NCBI GenBank assembly: GCA_036351155.1
Contig: JAZBOO010000280.1
Span: forward strand, 15,347-79,346
Source of the DNA: Candidatus Krumholzibacteriia bacterium
Lineage (GTDB): Bacteria > Krumholzibacteriota > Krumholzibacteriia > LZORAL124-64-63
DNA length: 64,000 bases
Direction of reading: 5' to 3'
The translations under genes and the position numbers were made by a program. Under the pieces are notes generated by a model. It saw only the letters and a list, made by a program, of their open reading frames with translations, was not told where the DNA came from and ran no database searches. Below, one piece after another: positions 19,401-27,667 of the stretch. Positions within the stretch are counted from its first letter, which is position 1. Each line of letters starts with the position of its first letter.

Positions 19401-21194
19401 AATCTGACCGATACCGAGGCGCGGGTGCTGCTCACCGCCGGCCGCAGTAACCCCTTGATCGTGATCAGAGATGACCAGCAGATCTACGTGGCCACCGTGA
19501 TTCCGGTGGATCTTTTCGCTCCGGTGGAAGGGGTGGCCGACGAGGACTCGCTGGTGCTGAACCCGGAACCTGGAGAAGGGTTCTTTCTCTACCGCCAGCA
19601 GCTGGATTCCGAGTTTCTGGGCAGCCTGGCCGACCTGGTGCGCGGTCAGGCCACCTTGTATCTGGAGGGGCAGCCCTATCTGGCCAGCCATCCGGGACCC
19701 GTCTTTGCGGGCCGAAAAAATTTGCTGACGGGACCGGATCTGATGGCCTCGTTGCTGGACCATCCCTGGGGTCCGGGGGTCTTTCCCCGTCCGGGGCGCA
19801 CCTTCGCCTTTTCCGGCAGTCAGCCCTTGCCCGTGTTTGCCCGGGACGAGCAAGGACGTCTGGTGCCCCAGCCCATCCCCGGGGTCATGTCCCTGGCCTT
19901 CCCGGATCGGGAGCAACAGTACAACCAGCAACGTCGCGAGACGGTCCTTTTCCTGGCGGGGCTGGCCAATCTCATCTTGCTGACGGCCCTGATGCTGGCC
20001 CTGGTCATGTCCTGGAACCTCTTCCGCCCGTTGCGGGTGCTTCTGACGGCGACCCGCCGTCTGGCCGACGAAGATTTTGATGCGCCTCTGCCTCCGGGCG
20101 GTCGGGATGAGGTGGGTCGACTGGCTCAGGCCTTCGGTTTGATGAGAGGTCAGCTCCGCACCGCCCGCGAAAAACTGGCGGCCCGGGAAAAGTTTCTGGC
20201 CGGTGTGCTGGACCAGGTGACGGTGGGTGTGGCGGTGGTGGACCGGCAGGGGCAGGTGGCAGCGCTGAACCCCGCCGGCCGGCATATCCTGACGGATTTT
20301 CAGCCCGAGATGGAAGAGCAGGCGGCCGTGCGCGGCCTGGTCGAGATTTTCCGGGACATGGCCGCGGGAAAGCCCACCTGGTCCGGTGAAATCCGCAGCG
20401 CCGATGGTCAGCATACCCTGCGGGGCGCCATGGCACCCCTGGATATTGCCGGGGGCGAGTCGGACACCATGCTGGTGTTCGAGGACATCACCGAGTTTCT
20501 GCAGACCAAGAAGATGGCCATCAACGCCGAGCTGGCGCGCCAGGTGGCCCATGAGATCAAGAACCCTCTGACTCCCATCCAGCTGTCGGTTCAGCTGCTG
20601 GACCAGGCCTGGCGAGATCAGCACCCGCGCCTGGATGCCATCGTACCCGAGACCGTGCAGAGGGTGCTGTCGCAGGTGGAACTGTTGCGGACCATCGCCT
20701 CGGAGTTCAGCCTGCTGGGGCAGCCCGGCGAGCTGGATCTAGTGGTTCTGGACCTGGCGCACCTGGTAGGTGAGGTGACCGATGCCTACCAGGGCGCCGG
20801 GGCTGTGGATTCCGATCATTTCCGGGTGGAAGTGGCCGATTGCCCCCACCCGCTGGTCCTGGGGGAACGGGATGCTCTGCGCAAGATCCTGGGTAATCTC
20901 ATGCAGAACAGCCTGGATGCCACGCGGCCCGAGGAGCCTCTGTCGGTGCAGGTGAGCTGGCGCATCCAGGCGGGCCGGCTGACGCTGGTCTGGGTGGACA
21001 ACGGCCAGGGTTTGCTGCCGGAGGTGGCTGATCGGCTGTTTGATCCCTATTTTTCCACCAAGAGCAAGGGCACCGGTCTGGGCCTGGCCATCTGCCGGAA
21101 CCTGGCCGACCGCATGGGAGGATCCATGACTCTGGCCAACCGACAGGATGCGCCGGGGGCCCAGGCCACCTTGACCTTGCCGCGCGCCAAGTGA
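16410..21194 (+). CDS. Very large multi-TM sensor histidine kinase (NtrY-like HAMP-PAS-HisKA-HATPase)
   Basis: Many TM helices, HAMP RDEVGRLA..F..M, H-box ARQVAHEIKNPLTPIQL, N box NLMQN, DNGQG, FDPYFSTK, GTGLGL. Confidence 0.9.
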   Translation: MTWLVSQAARALGILCLLGQGFLVYAGSTVGPEPGLALPGLFLALTIVQAVVFSLELRKKLTSLDEAGRRALFLPSVFLTVAIGTMLACGLVVLSRGTGAGDSSWKDPESSSPVLAEALLALEQYPAASAALLDGVRVMRGQLESQPVKGDWFRLLAPWPEQWSRYFPAADALPGDLLVHRRGSPLAWTEGAEPLPPPPSQDVRALPVDFLTQHAGTWYLRSFVMLSSETLLEWQVPLEGPQLAHRWPGLELSVRSLNEGTLTGKVALTDSDQARQLVAQMEPGSADQAASKGRARLMILLTLGWLLGLTSWFHILAGHGVWLGSLWAGRALLAGVDFFRWFPQAFPDLTAPAPPGHPISLVGPAYFATPFASGWFASTADALLTALVVGLTAWALLRSRGLVGWTDELARAGKTRPLLGQGLVSGLVFGLVGAGLLWLAHLFASLVADNANPRLIGQGVSVGFLSFWGLHVVLMVIPFSLASLLVGWAGDRPWPERTRLGGWLAAAGLGGLVSGAVFFFLPRDWWWQPALAGLITATWWLVAPALRSRPRFLRRFAWPTVMLLVVVWNYVSLREVYDQAERSWLVSKGHLITSPGEEGTRFLLEDAMLGMRETDRLSPSTGEGVGIWRDHPAYLLWASSPLRDLGYACSVEIIDTEYGATPFFATGFMRDSGYELLSRGNWTDREGAPATDDEQLQFQTERRVYPGGEEEVLVARMGRAGDLGWIRVELPVRSWRISTLLADLRDEVPVDSGYRPRAEVDRPILLLRGDNQGWLGTGDPGLKGAQASGLLTELKQGVRPWAAIERDDGTWLCRWNPLPDNLARSPGEGFLLGLRRAGPVEDLLDLSRIMLINLVLLLVLFGLVQGTERLRLAFLPAGANRPNSQGPWLPGFQERFLAGYLMLGLLLLLVVGMSVDRVGYQRVLTESKEKTLDGLNQAISQLRSLLAEQAGAMAASEYISDLLVGEMAGQRPVGPPSRRQAMVFAGDGTLVLDETLSNLTDTEARVLLTAGRSNPLIVIRDDQQIYVATVIPVDLFAPVEGVADEDSLVLNPEPGEGFFLYRQQLDSEFLGSLADLVRGQATLYLEGQPYLASHPGPVFAGRKNLLTGPDLMASLLDHPWGPGVFPRPGRTFAFSGSQPLPVFARDEQGRLVPQPIPGVMSLAFPDREQQYNQQRRETVLFLAGLANLILLTALMLALVMSWNLFRPLRVLLTATRRLADEDFDAPLPPGGRDEVGRLAQAFGLMRGQLRTAREKLAAREKFLAGVLDQVTVGVAVVDRQGQVAALNPAGRHILTDFQPEMEEQAAVRGLVEIFRDMAAGKPTWSGEIRSADGQHTLRGAMAPLDIAGGESDTMLVFEDITEFLQTKKMAINAELARQVAHEIKNPLTPIQLSVQLLDQAWRDQHPRLDAIVPETVQRVLSQVELLRTIASEFSLLGQPGELDLVVLDLAHLVGEVTDAYQGAGAVDSDHFRVEVADCPHPLVLGERDALRKILGNLMQNSLDATRPEEPLSVQVSWRIQAGRLTLVWVDNGQGLLPEVADRLFDPYFSTKSKGTGLGLAICRNLADRMGGSMTLANRQDAPGAQATLTLPRAK

Positions 21195-21225
21195 GCAGCC
21201 CCCGAGAGCATCCGGAAGGACGCCC

Positions 21226-21927
21226 ATGACTTCGCACCTCAGGATCATGACACGTGGCCGGCAGGTTTTCTCCCTGCTGGTCGTCCTGTTGATGGCCGGA
21301 GGCGGGGCAGTGCTGGCGCGTCAGTCCGACCAGGCCGAGGTGCGCATCGCCCGCCTGCATTACGATGGGGGCGGCGACTGGTACTGCGACCCGAGCAGTC
21401 TGCCCAACTGGCTGGAACAGTTCAGCCGACGTACGGGCATTGCCACGGCGGCCACCGAGGCGGTGGTTACCCTGGATAGCGAGGATCTGTATCAGTATCC
21501 CTTCCTCTACCTGAGTGGACACGGCCGCATTGATCTGAAGCAGGAAGATCTGAGCGAGCTGCGCCGGTATCTCGAGGCCGGCGGGTTTCTCTACGCCGAC
21601 GACAACTACGGGCTGGACCCCTCGTTCCGTCAGATGATCGCGCAGCTGTTTCCCGAGCGGGAGCTGGCACCCATCGGAGCCGATCATCCCATTTTCCGAG
21701 CCTTCTATCGGTTGCCGGGGGTGCCCAAGATCCATCAGCACGATGGGGAACCTGCCCAGGCTTTCGGCGTATCCCATGAGGGCCGTCTGGTGGTGTTCTG
21801 CACCTGGAGCGCGGACATCGGCGATGGACTGGAGGACGCGGACGTCCACGGCGATCCCCCGCATGTGCGGGAGGCGGCCACCCAGATGGCGGTCAACGTG
21901 TTGATGTATGCCCTGACTCATCCGTAA
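21226..21927 (+). CDS. DUF4159-domain secreted protein
   Basis: Signal peptide, YDGGGDWY, YPFLYLSGHG, YLEAGGFLYADDNYG, HPIF, PKIHQHD, DIGDGLED. Confidence 0.85.
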   Translation: MTSHLRIMTRGRQVFSLLVVLLMAGGGAVLARQSDQAEVRIARLHYDGGGDWYCDPSSLPNWLEQFSRRTGIATAATEAVVTLDSEDLYQYPFLYLSGHGRIDLKQEDLSELRRYLEAGGFLYADDNYGLDPSFRQMIAQLFPERELAPIGADHPIFRAFYRLPGVPKIHQHDGEPAQAFGVSHEGRLVVFCTWSADIGDGLEDADVHGDPPHVREAATQMAVNVLMYALTHP

Positions 21928-21935
21928 CAGAAAAA

Positions 21936-24900
21936 ATGGCACCCATGGATATCCGGCAGACATTCCAGGATCAGTTGTACAGCCTGCTGGGGCGCACCCG
22001 CCGGCGCATCCTGGTGCTGGGCCTGCTGCGGGTGCTGGCGGTTGCCGGGCCCATGACGGTGCTGGCGGTCTGGTCGCTGGGCACCGGTCCCGAGCCGGGC
22101 CCCGTACTGGCGGGCGGTCTGGTGTTTTCCCTGCTGGCTGCCTGGGTGGCTCTGGTCTGGACGCAGGTGGTTTGTCCCCTGTGGCGGTTGCGCCGCCCCG
22201 TGGATCTGGTGGACAGGGTCGAGAAGTTCGGCGACTTTGCCAATGTCCTGGTGGCGGGAGAGGAAGCCCTGCGGCAGCCGGAGCGCTGGGAGGCGGACAC
22301 CTCGGTGCGCCGCGAATTGCGAGACCGGGTGTTCCGGCAGGGTTTGCGCATCCTGGGTTTCTTGAGCCCCGAACGGGTTTTTCCGCACCGTCATCTGCGC
22401 GCTGGCCTGGTGGGCCTGGGCTTGCTGGGGACCGGCGTGCTGTTCATTGGCCTGGCCCAGCCGACCGTGGGCCGTCAGGGAATAGCGCGTCTGCTCCGCC
22501 CCATCCCGCCGGCGGCGGTGCCCCAGGTGGCGGGCATCTATCCCTGGGACACTCCTGACCATGTGGTGGCCGGCGAGGAAGTCCGGCTTTCCGTGCGGGA
22601 TTTCGGAGGCGGAAACGATCTGGCCGTCTGTGAGATCCGGGTGGGACAGGGCCTGTGGCAACCGCTGGAAGCCAGATCCGAAACCGTTCCCCGGGACCAG
22701 GCCTTCCTGCCGCCCCCCTTCAAGCTGTGGATGTCCCAGGTGGACAACGTGCGCGAGGATTTTTCCTGGCGTTTTCGGCGCGGGTCTCGGGTTTCTCCCG
22801 AGCAACGCGTCACGGTGCGGCACCATCCATTGCTGACCAACCTGGGCGTGACCATTCAGCCCCCCGAGTACACCGGTCTGGATGAGCAGGCCCTCGATCG
22901 GTTGCCCACCTGGCTGGAAGTTCCCACCGGTGCGGGCCTGGTCTTGCAGGGGACGGCGAATCACCCGCTGAGCGTGGCCGAGCTGGTGATCTCGGGGCAA
23001 GATGCCCAGGCCCTGGCCATCTCCGGTTCACGGGTGGAGGGCGCGCTGCGTATCGAGGATTCCCTGACCTTCCAGCTGGCCCTGCAGGACAGTTTCGGGC
23101 TGACCAATCTCTCCCCTCTGGTTTACGAAGTGCGGGCCATCCCCGATGAAAAGCCCCTGGTCCAGCTGGTGCGCCCAGGCGACGATGGGCTGCTGCCGCT
23201 GGATGGGATCCTGCCCCTGGGTCTGGATGCCACCGACGACTACGGACTGACCCGCCTGGAACTGCAGCTGCGCGTGGTGGATGGGCCCGAAGAAGGGGAA
23301 GGTGATACCGGCTGGACCATGGGAACCCACCGCATCTGGCAGGGGACGGGGCCTGCCGGCGGATCCTTCACGACAGCCTGGGGCACGGTGCGCCTGGACG
23401 CCCGGATGGCGGAAAATGACGGAGCCCCCCTGCGGGTGGAGATGCAGGTCGATGCGGATATCGCCGACCTGGATCTGGTGCCGGGCGATGTTCTGGAACT
23501 CAGGCTGGGTGCAGTGGACAACCGCCGTCCCGGCTCCGGGCAGATTTCCTACAGCCGGGCGCTACGGCTGGTTTTGCCCTCGGCGGCCGATGTCCTGGCC
23601 AATCAGGCGGAAGCCAATGAACAGCGGCGCGACGAGCTGGAGGAGGCGCGCCGGCGCGGGCTGGAACTGGGCCAGGATCTGGACCGTTTGAATCGCGAGC
23701 TCATGAAGAATCCTCTGCCCGACTGGGCGCGCCGCCAGGAGATGGAAGAGGCCATTGCCCGTCAGCAGCGTCTGCAGGAAGAGCTGTCCCGTCTGGCTGC
23801 CGAGTTGACCAGTGATCTGGATCGTATGGCGTCAGGGCAGATGACCAGCGAGCGGATGCTGGAAAAGGCCGAGGAAGTATCCTCCCTTCTGAACCAGGAT
23901 CCCGACCAGAGCTTGCAGGATCTTCTGGAGCGCATGAAACAGAGTGGCGAGGAGGCGGCTGCCGAGGAGATGGTCCGGGCCATCCGCGAGGTGGGGCAGG
24001 ACCAGAAGGACATGGCGCGGCGCCTGGATGCGGCTCTGGCCATGCTGAACCGCATGGAGCGGGAACAGGAGATGGAGGGCCTGACCGCCCTGCTGGAGCA
24101 GATGATCCGCAAGCAGCAGGAACTGGCCGATCTGAGCCGGGAACTGGCGGATCAGCAGGAGCAACAGGCGGGCGAAGGTCAGGACCAGGAGGCGGCCGGT
24201 GATCCGGACGCCGAATCGGGGGAACCGCAAGAAGGTGATCCGCAGCAAGGTGAACAGCAGGAAGGCGAACAGCAACCGGGAGACCAGCAACCGGGAGACC
24301 AGCAACCGGGAGACCAGCAACCGGGAGACCAGCAGTCCGGCGAACAGCAGGAAGGATCTCCCGAGGACACTCCCACCGCCGAGGAACTGGCCAGACGCCA
24401 GGAGGCCCTGGCCGAGGAGCTGGAGGAGCTGGAGGAAAGGCTGGAAAAAGCCCTGGCCGAATTGCAGGAGCAACAGCAACAGGACAACGGTCAGCAGTCG
24501 CCCGACAGCGAGAAGATGGAGCAGGCCCTGCAGGAAGCCCTGGAACAGCTGGAAAGCCAGAAGGAAAAGGGAGGCATGAAGAAGGCCTCCGAGCAGCTGT
24601 CCCAGATGGATCCCGAACAGGCGGCCAAGCTGCAGCAGGAAAGTCTGCGTGATCTGGGAGCGCTGTACCACGTGATCCTGGAAACGCAGCAGGCCATGCA
24701 GTCGGCCATGCAGCAAAATCAGGTGTCGTCCCTGCGGGGACTGGCCGCCGACATGCTGGCCCTTTCCACGCGCCAGGAGGAGATCTCCCTGGCCATCCCC
24801 TCGCAGCTGCGCGATGTGCGGTCCCTGGGACTGACCCGCAGTCAGCACCGACTGCAGCGGTCGGCCACCGGTGTGCGCGATCGCTTGAGCCTTCTGCTGG

Positions 24901-25724
24901 AAGAGTCTCCGGCCCGGATCATGCGCCTGCTGGCCAAGCTGGACGAGCTGATCGAGCAAATGGGGCACACCGTGCAGTCCATGGAGGACAACCGCGGCCC
25001 CGTGGCGCGGCGCGACGCGCTGGCCAGTCTGGCGTCGGCCAACCGGATCGTGATCGGGCTGTTGACCGAAGCGCAGATCACCAGTCAGAGCAGCAGCCCC
25101 GGCAGCAACGGGCAGCAGCAGAGCATGGCCCAGCAGCTGCAGCAGATGGCTCAGGAACAGGCCAAGCTCAACGGAATGACCGATCAGTTGCGGCAGATGC
25201 TGGCCAACCGCGGCATGAGCCAGGAAGCCCGCTCGCAGATGAAACGCCTGGGTGAGGCCCAGGGCAATCTGGCCGGACAGCTGCAGGAGCTGGAGGAGAA
25301 AGAACGGGAGAATGCCGAAGGTGAGCGCCTGCTGGGCGACCTGGGCGAGCTGGGTCGTCAGATGGAAAGCATCAGCGGGGAGATGGACGACGGCCTGGTC
25401 AGCGAGGAAACGCTGGTGAGGCAAGAGCGCATCCTGAGCCGGCTGCTGGATGCGCGCAACTCGGTGCGACGGCGGGACTACACCAGCCGCCGGGAAAGCC
25501 GGACCGCCGGTCAACTCTACACGGACATGCAAGGCCCGCTGGATGGCGATGACCCGGCCGCAGCAGAGCGCAGCTTCCGCCTGCGTTACCAGGCCCTGGA
25601 AAAGGCGCCGCTTGAATACCGTGATCTGGTGCGGCGCTACTTTGCGGCCCTGGACAGCTTGCGAGCCATGGATGGAGCAGATCTCTGGCCCGACCAGGCA
25701 GATCAGCGAAAGGAACTGCCATGA
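21936..25724 (+). CDS. DUF4175-like membrane protein: three TM helices, Ig-like domains, long Q/E-rich coiled coil
   Basis: PPEYTG, DSFGL, DEKPLV, ATDDYGL, QERILSRLLDA, C-terminal PLEYRDLVRRYF. Confidence 0.75.
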   Translation: MAPMDIRQTFQDQLYSLLGRTRRRILVLGLLRVLAVAGPMTVLAVWSLGTGPEPGPVLAGGLVFSLLAAWVALVWTQVVCPLWRLRRPVDLVDRVEKFGDFANVLVAGEEALRQPERWEADTSVRRELRDRVFRQGLRILGFLSPERVFPHRHLRAGLVGLGLLGTGVLFIGLAQPTVGRQGIARLLRPIPPAAVPQVAGIYPWDTPDHVVAGEEVRLSVRDFGGGNDLAVCEIRVGQGLWQPLEARSETVPRDQAFLPPPFKLWMSQVDNVREDFSWRFRRGSRVSPEQRVTVRHHPLLTNLGVTIQPPEYTGLDEQALDRLPTWLEVPTGAGLVLQGTANHPLSVAELVISGQDAQALAISGSRVEGALRIEDSLTFQLALQDSFGLTNLSPLVYEVRAIPDEKPLVQLVRPGDDGLLPLDGILPLGLDATDDYGLTRLELQLRVVDGPEEGEGDTGWTMGTHRIWQGTGPAGGSFTTAWGTVRLDARMAENDGAPLRVEMQVDADIADLDLVPGDVLELRLGAVDNRRPGSGQISYSRALRLVLPSAADVLANQAEANEQRRDELEEARRRGLELGQDLDRLNRELMKNPLPDWARRQEMEEAIARQQRLQEELSRLAAELTSDLDRMASGQMTSERMLEKAEEVSSLLNQDPDQSLQDLLERMKQSGEEAAAEEMVRAIREVGQDQKDMARRLDAALAMLNRMEREQEMEGLTALLEQMIRKQQELADLSRELADQQEQQAGEGQDQEAAGDPDAESGEPQEGDPQQGEQQEGEQQPGDQQPGDQQPGDQQPGDQQSGEQQEGSPEDTPTAEELARRQEALAEELEELEERLEKALAELQEQQQQDNGQQSPDSEKMEQALQEALEQLESQKEKGGMKKASEQLSQMDPEQAAKLQQESLRDLGALYHVILETQQAMQSAMQQNQVSSLRGLAADMLALSTRQEEISLAIPSQLRDVRSLGLTRSQHRLQRSATGVRDRLSLLLEESPARIMRLLAKLDELIEQMGHTVQSMEDNRGPVARRDALASLASANRIVIGLLTEAQITSQSSSPGSNGQQQSMAQQLQQMAQEQAKLNGMTDQLRQMLANRGMSQEARSQMKRLGEAQGNLAGQLQELEEKERENAEGERLLGDLGELGRQMESISGEMDDGLVSEETLVRQERILSRLLDARNSVRRRDYTSRRESRTAGQLYTDMQGPLDGDDPAAAERSFRLRYQALEKAPLEYRDLVRRYFAALDSLRAMDGADLWPDQADQRKELP
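24255..24344 (+). repeat. In-frame 15-bp tandem repeat encoding QQPGD
   Basis: Four perfect CAGCAACCGGGAGAC copies at 24270-24329, flanked by degenerate copies. Confidence 0.95.
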
Positions 25725-27667
25725 GCAAGAGCCTGCTGATCATTCTTGTCCTGGGTGCCGTCATCCTGGGGGCATCACCCGCACCGGCGCAGGAGCAACA
25801 GGGGCCCCGTCTGGTCCCACCGCGAGCGCAGCGGGGTGTGGTGCAGTCCGGACAGCAGCTGGCGGATCTGCGTCGCCGCGTCCTGGAGCTCGACCGCCTG
25901 ATCGGGCTGGGCAGTGTGGCCCGAGCCGAATCGCTGCTGGAAGACCTTGCGCAACACAGTCTGCTGAAGGACGAGCTGGTCAGCCGCCGCATCAAGCTGG
26001 CGCAGCTCCGCGACGACCATCGCCAGGCGGTGGATCTGAGCCGGGAGGCGGTCATCTCCCAGCCGCTGAATGCGGCCCTCTGGCGTTCGTTGACCAGCTC
26101 ACTGCTGGCGGTGGCCGAGCCCGACAGTGCCCGCGAGGCGGCCGGCATGTTCATCGCCACCAGCCCCAATGCCCGCAGTGCCGGAATGGTGGCGGTGGAA
26201 CTGTTCCAGATGGCGCAGCGGCCCCGGGTCAGCCTGGGGTTGATCGACTCGCTGCGGATCTCGCTGGCCGAGCCCCGGTATCTGGGCCGTCAGCGGGCGG
26301 TGTGCCTGCTGCAGCTGGGCGAACCCGAGGAGTCGGCCGATGAGGTGGTGGCCGAGCTCAGGTACAACCCCTTCAACATTTCCCTGCTGCGCACCGATTT
26401 GCTGGAAGAGGCCTACCAGCCGGGAAGGCACCAGGATTTTCTGGACCGCTTGAAGAATCGCGCTGCGGAATCCGGGAGCCGGACGGCCGAGTCGGTTCTG
26501 CTGGCCAACCTGTACCTGGCCGATGGACAGGCGGAGCCGGCCCTGGAGGCCATCGCCTCAAGCTTTGACACGCGCAGCTCCCAGATCACCGTGCTGCAGA
26601 ACGGGGTGTCCCTGTCCCAGGAGCTGGAACTGCTGGAAGATCCCAGGCAGCGGCACGCCACGGTGGAGTACCTGCTGGACACCATGGCCCGTATGTGTGG
26701 CCCGGTGAATCCCGATCAGGGCCTGCGTCTGCGGGCGGCCGACCATCTGGCCCGGGTCTGTGAACAGGGGCTGGAAATGGGGGCGCTGGGGGGCGATCCA
26801 CGACAGGCCGTGGAGCGCTACGGCGAGTATCTGCAGCTGGTCCGGAAGGTGCACCCGGCCAGTCAGTATCTGTACTCCTCGCAGATCAAGCTGGCCGCCT
26901 ACACCCGTGATGAACTGCGCAAGCCCCGCCAGGCAGCGGGACGGCTGGAACGCATGCTCATGGATCTGGATCTGCCCACCGAGGGCGTGGCGCTGGTGCG
27001 CCTGACTCTGGGCGAGTGCTACCTGGCCGCCGGGGACACCGCGCGCGGGCGTACGGTGCTGACCCAGCTGGGGCGCGACCCCGAGTTCCGTGAAGCGGCG
27101 GGCCATGCTCATTTCCACCTGGCCCGGCTGGACCTGGCCGAGGGCCATTTCGCCACGGCCCGCGATCGTTTCGCCGTGGCGGCCATGGACAATCCCGCCG
27201 CCCCCTACGCCAACGATTCCCTGGAGCTGGGGCTGGCCATTGCCGAGGAGATGGACAATCCTTCCGGCGGCCCGGCCATCCTTCAGCTTTACGGGCAAAG
27301 CGTCTATTTCGATCTGACGCGCCGGCCGGAAGACCATCTGGCTGCACTGGAACATTTCGTGGCCCAGGCCGATCTGCGACTGGATCCTGACGACAAGCAG
27401 CACCTGCTGGAACGAGGGCGCAGGGAACTGGCCGAGGCCTACCAGGAGGCCGGGCGCTTGGAGGACGCGCTGGCCCAGTGGAACGCCATCGTTTTGAATC
27501 ACCCCGATGGGCGGCACCCCGCCCTGGCCCTGCTTTCTCGTGCCCAGCTGTTCGCCAGGACCGGGCGCCCCGAAGAATCCCGACAGGCCATGGAGCAGCT
27601 GCTGGCCCAGTACCCCGACTACCTGTTCGTCGAGGATGTGCGCGACGAGCTGAGGAATTTGCCATGA
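25721..27667 (+). CDS. Secreted tetratricopeptide-repeat protein
   Basis: Signal peptide, helical repeats (LGECYLAAGD, LARLDLAEG, LLAQYPD). ATGA overlap with the upstream gene. Confidence 0.8.
   Translation: MSKSLLIILVLGAVILGASPAPAQEQQGPRLVPPRAQRGVVQSGQQLADLRRRVLELDRLIGLGSVARAESLLEDLAQHSLLKDELVSRRIKLAQLRDDHRQAVDLSREAVISQPLNAALWRSLTSSLLAVAEPDSAREAAGMFIATSPNARSAGMVAVELFQMAQRPRVSLGLIDSLRISLAEPRYLGRQRAVCLLQLGEPEESADEVVAELRYNPFNISLLRTDLLEEAYQPGRHQDFLDRLKNRAAESGSRTAESVLLANLYLADGQAEPALEAIASSFDTRSSQITVLQNGVSLSQELELLEDPRQRHATVEYLLDTMARMCGPVNPDQGLRLRAADHLARVCEQGLEMGALGGDPRQAVERYGEYLQLVRKVHPASQYLYSSQIKLAAYTRDELRKPRQAAGRLERMLMDLDLPTEGVALVRLTLGECYLAAGDTARGRTVLTQLGRDPEFREAAGHAHFHLARLDLAEGHFATARDRFAVAAMDNPAAPYANDSLELGLAIAEEMDNPSGGPAILQLYGQSVYFDLTRRPEDHLAALEHFVAQADLRLDPDDKQHLLERGRRELAEAYQEAGRLEDALAQWNAIVLNHPDGRHPALALLSRAQLFARTGRPEESRQAMEQLLAQYPDYLFVEDVRDELRNLP

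Noticed and set aside
17604..20624. 1006-aa antisense ORF, and similar long antisense ORFs at 1315-2967, 12753-14825, 23832-25532, 34746-37073 and 40549-42741
   Set aside because: They lie opposite well-supported genes and have no motifs. Such shadow ORFs are expected from high-GC codon bias.
24255..24344. Tandem repeat as a CRISPR array
   Set aside because: The 15-bp units have no spacers, are in frame within a CDS, and no cas genes are present.
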